A stretch of 64,000 nt of DNA from an uncultured Gammaproteobacteria bacterium (GTDB lineage Bacteria; Pseudomonadota; Gammaproteobacteria; Steroidobacterales; UBA11654). The DNA is taken from positions 160,990 to 224,989 of the forward strand of contig CACDKD010000002.1 in the NCBI GenBank assembly GCA_902553145.1, given 5' to 3'. This document shows, one piece after another, positions 21,611 to 30,024 of this stretch. Within the stretch, counting starts at the first letter, position 1, and every line of letters begins with the position of its first letter. The notes beneath the pieces were generated by a model, which saw nothing but the letters and a program-made list of their open reading frames with translations, had not been told where the DNA came from and did no database searches. The position numbers and the translations under genes are program-made.

Positions 21611-22360
21611 CTAATCACTGATGGATGAAAGAATTTCATCGGAAAACTCTATGTTTGAATGAACCCTTTGAACATCATCAAGATCATCAAGGGTATCTAA
21701 TAATTTCATCATGCTTTCTGCATTTTTTCTCTCGACTGATACCTCGGTCGAGGCCTTCATCATGAGCTGATTAATATCTACATTTATTCCAGCGCCAACA
21801 ATTGATTCCTTTACATCAACTAGATTTTGAGGAGTCGTCTCTATCCCTATTGATCCATCGTCATTTATCTCAATATCCTCTGCTCCCGATTCTATGGCGA
21901 GCTCCATTAAGCCATCTGGATCATTTGAGTGATTGATTGAAATATAGCCTATCTGATCAAATAGATATGCAACCGAACCTTCAGTCCCTAAATTACCTCC
22001 GTGTTTGGTTAATGCATGCCTCACTTCTGCAACTGTTCTATTTTTGTTATCGGTCATGCACTCGATCAGTATGGCAACTCCTCCGGGTCCATAGCCCTCG
22101 TAAAGAACTTCCTCAAGTGCAGTACCCTCTTCTCCTCCGGCGCCTTTGGCGATCGCTCTATCGATATTGTCCTTTGGCATGCTTTGAGATTTTGCATTAT
22201 CCACTGCTGCCCTAAGTCTTGGGTTTGATCCAATATCGGAGCCTCCGATTCTTGCAGCAACTGTGATCTCCCTAATAAGCTTTGTAAAGAGTTTTCCTCT
22301 CTTCTTATCTTGTCTGCCTTTTCTATGCTGAATATTAGCCCACTTACTGTGACCTGCCAT
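21611..22360 (-). CDS. yebC: YebC/PmpR family transcriptional regulator
   Basis: 249 aa. MAGHSKWANIQHRKGRQDKKRGKLFTKL.REI..AAR.GG.D...NPRLR is canonical. It sits upstream of ruvC, as in E. coli. Confidence 0.93.
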   Translation of the reverse strand: MAGHSKWANIQHRKGRQDKKRGKLFTKLIREITVAARIGGSDIGSNPRLRAAVDNAKSQSMPKDNIDRAIAKGAGGEEGTALEEVLYEGYGPGGVAILIECMTDNKNRTVAEVRHALTKHGGNLGTEGSVAYLFDQIGYISINHSNDPDGLMELAIESGAEDIEINDDGSIGIETTPQNLVDVKESIVGAGINVDINQLMMKASTEVSVERKNAESMMKLLDTLDDLDDVQRVHSNIEFSDEILSSISD

Positions 22361-22418
22361 TTTTTACCTCGTGAAATGCATCTAATAAAAGTATATCAAC
22401 TCGAGTATCTTAACTAAA

Positions 22419-23360
22419 ATGTTAGAAGAAAACTTTGGTATTGTATTGATTATGATCAAAAAGAATCTTGCAAAAAAACCAGCATTAATAACTTTACTAA
22501 TCTTAAGCTTGCCAATATCTGCTGAAAGTTTTCAAGATGGCCTTATCGATAAGCTTAACAGCTCAATAACCGATATCGGATTCAAAAAAGATCATATTAT
22601 TAGTGATGATGGAGTGATGATTAATTACTACATCAAAGGTTCCAAGAAAAATGCCCTGGTGTTTGTGCATGGCTATAGTTGCAGCAGTGAATACTGGTGG
22701 CCACAATTGGAATATTTTTCAAAAAAATATACCACAATTGCTGTTGATCTTGCGGGTCATGGGAAGTCAGGATTAAATAGAAAAGAATACAGCATGGACG
22801 CTTTTGGAGATGATGTTAAATCTGTTATTGAACATCTCGATCTTGATCAAGTAGTCCTTATAGGGCACTCGATGGGAGGCCCTGTTATTGTTAAAGCTGC
22901 TGGAAGTTTAGGGGCAAAATCTCGCCTAATAATAGGCGTGGATACATTTCATGATTTAACAACAGAAGGTATAGGGAGATTCGCTAGAATAGCTGTAAAC
23001 TCGATGTTTCAGCTTTTCTATGATTCAATGACTAAAAACAGTATCGATGATTTTTTCATTGATAAAACAGACGAAGATCTTGAAGATTGGATCAGGAATG
23101 ATGCATTAAAAAGCCCAAAGAATATCTCTCAAGGCACCCTTGATGCTTTGCTTACGATGAATTATCCGGAAAGTTTAAGTGAGTTGTCTATTCCGATGAT
23201 TGCTTTGAACGCTAGAAGCTTCAGGGAAACAAAATTGGATTCAAATTTTGATACGTACAAAGATATTCAAATTGAGTTCATGGAAGACGTCGGTCACTTT
23301 ATCATGCTGGAAAGACCGGATGAGTTTAATAAATGGTTAGAAGCTAAAATCTCTGAGTGA
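22419..23360 (+). CDS. alpha/beta hydrolase, probably exported
   Basis: VFVHGYSCSS..W..Q, nucleophile elbow GHSMGG, and a C-terminal GHF..LE.P. The likely true start is M12 at 22452 (MIKKNLAKKPALITLLILSLPISAES signal). Confidence 0.75.
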   Translation: MLEENFGIVLIMIKKNLAKKPALITLLILSLPISAESFQDGLIDKLNSSITDIGFKKDHIISDDGVMINYYIKGSKKNALVFVHGYSCSSEYWWPQLEYFSKKYTTIAVDLAGHGKSGLNRKEYSMDAFGDDVKSVIEHLDLDQVVLIGHSMGGPVIVKAAGSLGAKSRLIIGVDTFHDLTTEGIGRFARIAVNSMFQLFYDSMTKNSIDDFFIDKTDEDLEDWIRNDALKSPKNISQGTLDALLTMNYPESLSELSIPMIALNARSFRETKLDSNFDTYKDIQIEFMEDVGHFIMLERPDEFNKWLEAKISE

Positions 23361-23361
23361 A

Positions 23362-23979
23362 TTACAGGCTATTTATGTAATCAATACAATCGTCAGCAGA
23401 TATGACTTCACCGTATCTTCTTGAAATGTCACGAAGATTATCGCTATGCGGCCTGTCCTCTACATCGCCAACGCAATCTTCTGGAACAAAAACCCTATAG
23501 CCATGAGAAAAAGCATCAATGACAGTGGCTCTGACACAACCACTGGTTACACAGCCAGTTATAATGACCGTGTCAACACCCTTTTTGTGAAGAAATGTAG
23601 TTAATGGCGTAAGAAAGAACATTGAAGGAGCATTCTTGCAAAAATTAAAATCGTAATCAGGGTTATGTACCCTAGGATCCATTTCTGTACATGGGTGCCC
23701 ATGATAAAACTCATCTCTTACTGCTTTCACTTTCCAGAGTGGCATATCTTCAAGGCTATCGTAAGCGGTATAACAGGAGGCAACGGGAATATTATTGTTT
23801 CTAGCGACATCAAGAAGCTCAGCCGTTCTATTAGTGGCTTTATCGACCATTGGCATATCCCCATTGGGAAAAGATGGATCGGTGAACGCTAATTGAAGGT
23901 CAACCACTAAAATGGCAGGGTTTTTACCAAATTCTATGGTTTCAGATGCATATCCTTTATTTTTGTACTCTTCAGACAT
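23362..23979 (-). CDS. isochorismatase-family cysteine hydrolase
   Basis: 205 aa. NPAILVVDLQ..F (Asp), a conserved Lys region, and ITGCVTSGCVRATVIDA (nucleophilic Cys). Confidence 0.75.
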   Translation of the reverse strand: MSEEYKNKGYASETIEFGKNPAILVVDLQLAFTDPSFPNGDMPMVDKATNRTAELLDVARNNNIPVASCYTAYDSLEDMPLWKVKAVRDEFYHGHPCTEMDPRVHNPDYDFNFCKNAPSMFFLTPLTTFLHKKGVDTVIITGCVTSGCVRATVIDAFSHGYRVFVPEDCVGDVEDRPHSDNLRDISRRYGEVISADDCIDYINSL

Positions 23980-24490
23980 AATTTTTTTAACCTTATTGAT
24001 CTATAAAAGTAATTTGAACAATAAATGAGTATAAATGCCATTAAATCGATCGAAACTGAAAAATAAAGCTTTTGTAAAAAAACGATTATTAAAATACTTA
24101 AATATTGCTTTTTAATTAATCCTTTTATTTATATTTTTGATATAAATACATGATTATTATTATATTTTTGTATATTACTATTAGTTATATAATGCTCATT
24201 TTTGAGGTATATTTTGTGGTTTTTTTTTACAAAGATGATTTTGGTCGGCGATTTTAGAAATTTAACTATGGGTACTAAAAAAGCGATAAAAAATGATCAA
24301 AAATATATCTACTTCTGAGTCCAATTCATTACAACTATCGATAAAATTGAAGATTTGAATGCATTTAATTTGGTGATTAAGAGTTATATCTCTTTAATAA
24401 TCAGTTATTTATAAAAAATAACGTTGATTCTTATGAACTGTTGACTACCCTACTCTATTTTTGGTGTTTTTCAATTATAAGTGATTGATA

Positions 24491-25927
24491 TTATTGAACA
24501 TATTTAATTATAGACTTTACAAATCGCTCCATCTTCATCGCTCTGGACCCTTTTATCAAGATAATACCCCCTTGCGACTTGAAATATCTATGCACGATAC
24601 CTTTGGATTTTACAGAACTCTCTCTGGTGAGCTCTAAATAAGGAAAATCGTCTACCCTGTTCTCAATTTGTATGACTTTTTCTCTTTCCTTATCATTAAG
24701 ATCTTTAATTTCATTTTTGAATTTATCACCAACCAATATCAGTTTTTTCAAATTATTCATCTCTAATGCGTATTTAATCACCTTCTTATGTTCTTCACTT
24801 GCATGATCTCCAAGATCATACATATCTCCGAGTATAAGCATCCTCCCTCTTTCATCTTCCCAATCATTTATTGTTTTCATTGCTGATTGCATGGATGTTG
24901 GATTTGCATTGTATGTGTCATCAATCACCAAGTAGTTACTTATTTCATGAATATGAAATCTATTCATTAATGGGTTTTTGAATCCAGATAAGACCTTCAT
25001 AGACTCATTAATATCATATCCAAATTGCTCTAAAGCCAATGACGCTAAAACTGCATTTAAACAGTTGTGCTCAATCGACGCTTCAAATTTAATTTGCCTA
25101 TCAGCATTCTCAGTGTTCAATGAGATCAGATATTTATCATTCTGTTCAGAATCTTTTTCACAACCGTAAAACCAAGCTGTATTAAGGTTTAAATCATTCG
25201 AATCATATAGTTTTATCTCACTTGATTCTTTCAACAGCTTATGATTCTTAGAAAGATCTTTAAATGCTGCTTCTATTACATTCCCTGATTTTTTAACGGC
25301 CTTGGTCAGCTCCAACTTTGTTCGAATAATATTTTGAATACTTCCAAATATTCCGACATGACTATTATTGATGTTAGTAATAACAAGTTGATCAAATGAA
25401 AAATGTTCAGCGATTTTCTGAAAGTCTCCATCATGTCTAGCGCCGCATTCTAGAACGAGATTTTCAGTAGACGATGTGCATCTGAGAATTGTATAAGGAA
25501 TTCCAAATTGATTATTTTCATTGCTTTTTGTAATGATTGTTTTACTGCTGTCTAAGACAGTTCCCATCATTTCTTTGACAGTTGTTTTCCCATTACTTCC
25601 GGTAATGGCAATTGTTCTTGGGTTAATTTCCTTGTGGTGATGGCCAGCAATTTTAAGAAGTGCGTCATATGTATCTTTCACTAAAATAAATCTACCAAGC
25701 GTCTCTGGATTATCTGTGATTACAGCAATTGACCCGTTTGCTATTGCATCCTGGCAAAAAGTATCGCCATCAAAACTCTCTCCTTTCAGAGCTAAGTAAA
25801 CTGTTCCATTCACCTCTTCTCTTGAATCAACAGTGATTCCTGTAAAGGGCTCATTATTAGAAAAGAGTTCCCCGCCGATGATATCGGAAAGTGTTTTTAA
25901 ATCATTTATGCCTTCAATTGTAAACAA
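24491..25927 (-). CDS. murF: UDP-N-acetylmuramoyl-tripeptide--D-alanyl-D-alanine ligase
   Basis: 478 aa. Mur ligase P-loop ITGSNGKTT, DDTYNANP, MurF-type GDM.ELG and a C-terminal IKGSR.MKME. It is not in a dcw cluster here. Confidence 0.8.
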   Translation of the reverse strand: MFTIEGINDLKTLSDIIGGELFSNNEPFTGITVDSREEVNGTVYLALKGESFDGDTFCQDAIANGSIAVITDNPETLGRFILVKDTYDALLKIAGHHHKEINPRTIAITGSNGKTTVKEMMGTVLDSSKTIITKSNENNQFGIPYTILRCTSSTENLVLECGARHDGDFQKIAEHFSFDQLVITNINNSHVGIFGSIQNIIRTKLELTKAVKKSGNVIEAAFKDLSKNHKLLKESSEIKLYDSNDLNLNTAWFYGCEKDSEQNDKYLISLNTENADRQIKFEASIEHNCLNAVLASLALEQFGYDINESMKVLSGFKNPLMNRFHIHEISNYLVIDDTYNANPTSMQSAMKTINDWEDERGRMLILGDMYDLGDHASEEHKKVIKYALEMNNLKKLILVGDKFKNEIKDLNDKEREKVIQIENRVDDFPYLELTRESSVKSKGIVHRYFKSQGGIILIKGSRAMKMERFVKSIIKYVQ

Positions 25928-25941
25928 GATAATACCTCTAA

Positions 25942-26018
25942 TGGTGCCCCGAAGAGGATTCGAACCTCTGACCTTCGGATTAGGAATCCGACGCTCTATC
26001 CTGCTGAGCTACCGGGGC
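25942..26018 (-). tRNA. tRNA-Arg (anticodon CCT)
   Basis: Reverse complement: GCCCCGGTAGCTCAGCAGGATAGAGCGTCGGATTCCTAATCCGAAGGTCAGAGGTTCGAATCCTCTTCGGGGCACCA. It folds as a cloverleaf with a 7-bp acceptor stem, anticodon stem TCGGA/TCCGA, loop TTCCTAA, T-loop TTCGAAT and an encoded CCA. Confidence 0.93.
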
Positions 26019-26027
26019 CTAAGATGA

Positions 26028-26036
26028 ATTATAACA
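26028..26036 (-). promoter_or_regulatory. extended -10 promoter element (TGTTATAAT) for tRNA-Arg, and probably murF
   Basis: The minus strand reads ...agaagTGtTATAATtcatcttag followed by tRNA position 1. The -10 ends 9 nt before the tRNA 5' end. No good -35 is present, which fits a TGn extended -10. Confidence 0.4.
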
Positions 26037-26071
26037 CTTCTAATTTTTGCGATTTTTGCTATTGTTCCCCC

Positions 26072-26674
26072 ATGAGTAAAAAGGCGCACAGTAAATTGAT
26101 AAAGATAGGGACTTTACATGCGCCAGAACTGAGCTCGATTGTCAGTCGTAATGGAATGATTTCTATTGATGTACCTAAAAATCTTGACGTTTTTGACTGT
26201 TTCGCACAAACGGTTGTGGAACAACAACTCTCCTACAAAGCGGCCAAGAGTATTTGGATCAAAGTTACTGACTCGGCTAAAAATATGAATCTAGAACTGA
26301 TTGATTACTTTGATATGAAGAATTTCAAATTAATCAGAGAAAATGGCCTCTCACAAAATAAAATTAAATCGATAATGGGTGCCAAAGAAGCCATTCAAAA
26401 TGGTGCTATATCAATGAAAATAATCCAAGAATTGCCTTATGAAGAATATAAAGATTTGGTTAAGAGCCTATGGGGTTTTGGAGATTGGTCAGCAGAGATG
26501 ATTGCCATTTTTTATCTTGGGCGAACCAATGTATGGTCTGATGGTGATCTAATGTTGAAAAAAGGAATTAATGAAATCTGTGAAAACTCAAATATCACTC
26601 CTCAAGAATTGATTGAGATGGTTGATCCTTTCCAGTCTTACTTGGCTCTTCATATCTGGCGACATAAAGATTAA
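26072..26674 (+). CDS. DNA-3-methyladenine glycosylase II-like HhH-GPD base excision repair protein
   Basis: HhH-GPD pattern: VVEQQLSYKAAKSIW, LWGFGDWSAEMIAIFYLGR...WSDGDLMLKKG with the catalytic Asp. The track start 26024 is 5 nt from the tRNA. M17 at 26072 (MSKKAHSKL) is more plausible. Confidence 0.7.
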   Translation: MSKKAHSKLIKIGTLHAPELSSIVSRNGMISIDVPKNLDVFDCFAQTVVEQQLSYKAAKSIWIKVTDSAKNMNLELIDYFDMKNFKLIRENGLSQNKIKSIMGAKEAIQNGAISMKIIQELPYEEYKDLVKSLWGFGDWSAEMIAIFYLGRTNVWSDGDLMLKKGINEICENSNITPQELIEMVDPFQSYLALHIWRHKD

Positions 26675-27874
26675 TTATTTTTTAAATACGAGAGAGGCAT
26701 TTGTGCCTCCAAAACCGAAGCTATTAGACATTACAATCTCAAGCCCTGCTCCCTCAATTAGATCCGTAACTATATTGAAACCTGCTGCATTCTCGTCAAG
26801 ATTCTCAATGTTAATCGATGGAGAAATAAAATCATTTTGAAGCATGAGTATCGTATAAATTGCTTCGTGGACTCCAGCAACACCAAGAGAATGCCCTGTC
26901 AACGATTTGGTTGAGGTAATCCTCGGAGTGTTGGCACCGAACACTTGTCTAACCGCTTCCAGCTCTCTCATATCACCAACGGGCGTGCTCGTTCCATGTG
27001 CATTCAGATAATCAATTTTGTCATTATTCTGCATTGCTTGTTGCATGCATCTCATCGCACCTTCTCCAGATGGTTGAACCATATCAAACCCATCTGATGT
27101 TGCACCATATCCAATAAGCTCTCCATAGATATTAGCTCCCCTTGCAATCGCGTGTTCATATTCTTCCAATACAACAACTCCACCACCGCCAGAGATAACA
27201 AAGCCATCTCTGTTGGAGTCAAATGGTCTTGAAGCAATCGTAGGGTTGTCATTATAAGATGCTGATAATGCTTTCATCCCATCAAAAAATGATGCAAGAA
27301 CCCAGTGAACTTCATCCCCCGCACCAGCAAAAACAACGTCTTGTTTATCAAACTGAATGAGTTCTGCTGCATTTCCAATACAATGTGCACTGGTTGCACA
27401 GGCAGAGCTGATTGAATAATTAATGCCTTTAATTTTAAATGCGGTACCTATAACACCAGAATTACCGCTGGCCATGGAACGTGTCACAAGAAAAGGACTT
27501 ACTTTTCCTTTCTCCCTTAAGGAGTCAGCGCCAGAGACAATGGTTTCAGGAGAGCCTCCGCCATTGCCCATAATCAATCCGGTTCTTATGTCGCTAACCT
27601 CATCTTCAGAAAGACGACTATCTTCTACTGCTTCTTTCATAGCAAGATAATTAAAACCAATTCCATCGCTCATAAAGCGTTTTAGTTTTCTATCAATATG
27701 CTCTGTTAGGTCAAGTTTGATTGATCCAGCAACTCGACTCTTTAATCCCATTTCCTCAAAATCTTCCCGATAATCAATTCCCGAAGCGCCTTTCTTTAGT
27801 GAGTCCAAAACTTCGTCTTTATTGTTGCCAATAGAACTTACAATTCCGATTCCGGTAATTACAACTCTTCTCAT
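26675..27874 (-). CDS. fabB: 3-oxoacyl-ACP synthase I
   Basis: 399 aa. MRRVVITG.G.VS..G, active-site SSACATS, and HGTSTP.GD...GHSLGA.G. It is paired with fabA. Confidence 0.92.
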   Translation of the reverse strand: MRRVVITGIGIVSSIGNNKDEVLDSLKKGASGIDYREDFEEMGLKSRVAGSIKLDLTEHIDRKLKRFMSDGIGFNYLAMKEAVEDSRLSEDEVSDIRTGLIMGNGGGSPETIVSGADSLREKGKVSPFLVTRSMASGNSGVIGTAFKIKGINYSISSACATSAHCIGNAAELIQFDKQDVVFAGAGDEVHWVLASFFDGMKALSASYNDNPTIASRPFDSNRDGFVISGGGGVVVLEEYEHAIARGANIYGELIGYGATSDGFDMVQPSGEGAMRCMQQAMQNNDKIDYLNAHGTSTPVGDMRELEAVRQVFGANTPRITSTKSLTGHSLGVAGVHEAIYTILMLQNDFISPSINIENLDENAAGFNIVTDLIEGAGLEIVMSNSFGFGGTNASLVFKK

Positions 27875-27876
27875 AA

Positions 27877-28410
27877 TTATATCTCTGATAAATCAGTGAA
27901 TAAGCCGACTCTAAGATCTTGCCCTGTATAGATTACTTTATCATCGGCTTTAAGCGTGGCATCTGCTATGCCCATCATCAGCTTAGACCGAATGACTCTC
28001 TTAATGTGAAGATGGTAGGTAATCAACTTTGTTTTTTGTGTCACTTGACCAGAAAATTTAATTTTTCCTCCACCCAAAGCCCTTCCTCTTCCTTGTCCGC
28101 CAGACCAACCAAGAAAAAATCCTATGAGTTGCCACATGGCATCAACACCAAGTGATCCAGGCATGACTGGGTCTTTAAAAAAATGGCAATCAAAAAACCA
28201 TGCATCCTTTTTTATGTCTAATTCTGCAATGATTTCTCCTTTGTCATATTCACCGCCTTTATCGCTAATGTGAGTGATTCGATCAATCATTAACATGGGT
28301 GGGAGAGGAAGCCTAGCATTGCCTGGGCCGAAAAGTTTTTCTTTGGCGCAGTCCATTAGGTCTTGCAAATTATATGAGTTCTTTCTTTCCATGGCGGTAA
28401 TTTTAATCAA
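27877..28410 (-). CDS. fabA: 3-hydroxydecanoyl-ACP dehydratase/isomerase
   Basis: 177 aa. G.G.ARLP.PPMLM.DRIT.IS..GG.Y.KG...AELDI..D.WFF.CHF..DPVMPG.LG.DA.WQL.GF. Confidence 0.95.
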   Translation of the reverse strand: MIKITAMERKNSYNLQDLMDCAKEKLFGPGNARLPLPPMLMIDRITHISDKGGEYDKGEIIAELDIKKDAWFFDCHFFKDPVMPGSLGVDAMWQLIGFFLGWSGGQGRGRALGGGKIKFSGQVTQKTKLITYHLHIKRVIRSKLMMGIADATLKADDKVIYTGQDLRVGLFTDLSEI

Positions 28411-28433
28411 ATATTGGAATCTTTAGTATATTT

Positions 28434-29021
28434 TTAAGCGCCATAAGTCAGTTGAAGAGTTTTGACTTTGCCGAACCAAGGTACGGTGACAATAAATAGC
28501 TGATCGTTATTATTTAGAGAGTCTAAATTAATATTTTTACTCCCTTGCAATTCAACAACAAGTCTAGATAGGTTTTCAGGGTGAGAAATAATGAGAACGA
28601 TTTGACCCGAATGATCGTCTTTGATCGATTCAATAAAATTCTCAACGATATCTTGATCAACAATATTTATGGGTAAATCTAAAAGACGCGATATTGGTTC
28701 AGCGGTTTCTTGTGTTGCTCTATAAGAGGTCGCATATATCGCATCTAAACCGGAGACTACGTCCACCGTCGACAAGGTTGATGCCAGAGAGTTTGCTCTT
28801 TCCATGCCTTGACTACTTAGGCCTGAATTTGAACTCAAATCGGTCTCAAGCTCTGCATGAGTGGCAATAATGACCGTTGTTGTTACCTGAGATTCAAAGA
28901 ACCAAGAGAGCAATACTGCGAAGCCTGTAAAGAACAGAGCAAATGCAATGCGTCTTAACTTTCGCTTTTTTCTTCTGGACTTGTATTCATCAATTCGATC
29001 AATCATCACGTTCTCTGTCAT
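28434..29021 (-). CDS. membrane-anchored histidine phosphatase family protein (variant RHG motif)
   Basis: N-terminal TM (IAFALFFTGFAVLLSWFF). Then VIIATHAE (THA in place of RHG), LSSQGMERANSLA, IYATSYRATQETAEPI, and IISHPEN. Confidence 0.55.
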   Translation of the reverse strand: MTENVMIDRIDEYKSRRKKRKLRRIAFALFFTGFAVLLSWFFESQVTTTVIIATHAELETDLSSNSGLSSQGMERANSLASTLSTVDVVSGLDAIYATSYRATQETAEPISRLLDLPINIVDQDIVENFIESIKDDHSGQIVLIISHPENLSRLVVELQGSKNINLDSLNNNDQLFIVTVPWFGKVKTLQLTYGA

Positions 29022-29238
29022 CTAGAACCGTATATTCTGCATCAATTATTGTCTCATCTGAATCCTTATTTTTCTCATTCTTCATAAAGAAACCTCGTAT
29101 GTAAAAACCAATGATCGCCAATATTAAAAATCCAATAATAGTCATCAACACCAAACCACCAAAAATGATCGAAAGAACGAATATGCCGAGTCCAAATAGG
29201 ATACCTAAAGCTCTGATGATTAAATCAATGGGTGACAT
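28999..29238 (-). CDS. small two-TM membrane protein, unknown function
   Basis: 79 aa. Two hydrophobic helices followed by an acidic tail. It overlaps the downstream gene by 23 nt. No recognisable family. Confidence 0.5.
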   Translation of the reverse strand: MSPIDLIIRALGILFGLGIFVLSIIFGGLVLMTIIGFLILAIIGFYIRGFFMKNEKNKDSDETIIDAEYTVLDDRERDD

Positions 29239-29359
29239 ATTTTATTGCGGAGTATATTTGATGTTGCATAAGAGGTTATTAAACTTTATATCATTTTGGT
29301 AGGCAACTACAGATAAAGAATGCCGTTTAAAAAACTTTCAAAAAATTAGTAATATTTTA

Positions 29360-29388
29360 TTGAATGTTCTCTTTTTGTTCTCTATTAT
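29360..29388 (+). promoter_or_regulatory. putative lexA promoter (-35 TTGAAT, 17-nt spacer, -10 TATTAT) with an embedded GTTC-N7-GTTC direct repeat (candidate LexA operator)
   Basis: TTGAAT 29360-29365 and TATTAT 29383-29388. TGTTCTCT occurs twice (29365-29372 and 29376-29383) with an 11-bp period, filling the spacer. The element lies 27 nt upstream of ATG 29416. Confidence 0.5.
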
Positions 29389-29415
29389 CTAATTAATAAA
29401 AAATTGAGAAAAAAA

Positions 29416-30024
29416 ATGTTAACTCCAAGCGAAACCAAAACCTTAAAATTCATTCAAAAGTACTGCATTGAGAAGGGCTGCTCGCCTACCCTTACAGAAA
29501 TTGCCGATGGAATTGGTATTAAATCCAGGGGCGTTGTGCATCGATATATCAAGTCTCTTGAGTCCAAAAAATTACTCAGCGTAGCATCCAATAGAAAAAG
29601 AGGTATATGCCTCAATCTGGAAGCCTATGAAAATCAGTCCATCGCTCCCATTATTCCGCTGTTGGGGCGTATAGCAGCCGGGCAACCAATCGAAGCAATT
29701 GAGGATAGACATGAAATCAACCTTGCGGACTTTATCATGGATCCCGATCGATTTGCCTTACAGGTAACTGGTGAGTCAATGATGGATGCTGGCATACTTG
29801 ATGGGGACACGGTCATCATTAAGCATCAAAACACCGCAAACAATGGCGATATTGTTGTTGCCCTTATCGATGGTCTTGAGGCAACGCTGAAGCGCTTTAA
29901 AAGACTTCCCAAAGGAATGATACTTTTAATTCCAGAAAATAAATCCATGGAAGCAATTGCATATGAGGCTGAGCGTATTCAGATACAAGGAGTAGTTGTT
30001 GGCCAACTTAGAAGCTACCAATAA
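29416..30024 (+). CDS. lexA: SOS repressor LexA
   Basis: wHTH N-domain (MLTPSETKTLKFIQKY...PTLTEIADGIGIKSRGVVHRYIKSLE), cleavage site GRIAAGQPI, Ser VTGESMMDAGI and Lys ATLKRF. The track start is TTG 29404. ATG 29416 aligns better with LexA N-termini. Confidence 0.93.
   Translation: MLTPSETKTLKFIQKYCIEKGCSPTLTEIADGIGIKSRGVVHRYIKSLESKKLLSVASNRKRGICLNLEAYENQSIAPIIPLLGRIAAGQPIEAIEDRHEINLADFIMDPDRFALQVTGESMMDAGILDGDTVIIKHQNTANNGDIVVALIDGLEATLKRFKRLPKGMILLIPENKSMEAIAYEAERIQIQGVVVGQLRSYQ

Noticed and set aside
25942-26018. tRNA-Arg, and tRNA-Ser at 37659..37748, as possible genomic-island integration sites
   Set aside because: There is no integrase, no direct repeat of the tRNA 3' end that I could spot nearby, and no phage or IS genes. 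The flanking genes are ordinary metabolic or repair genes.
29239-29415. Search for a canonical gamma SOS box (CTGT-N8-ACAG) and a Xanthomonas-type box (TTAGTA...TACTAA) upstream of lexA
   Set aside because: No CTGT...ACAG palindrome is present. TTAGTAATATTTTATTGA (29346-29363) has only one good half-site and no inverted partner. Neither is called, and the direct repeat is reported instead.
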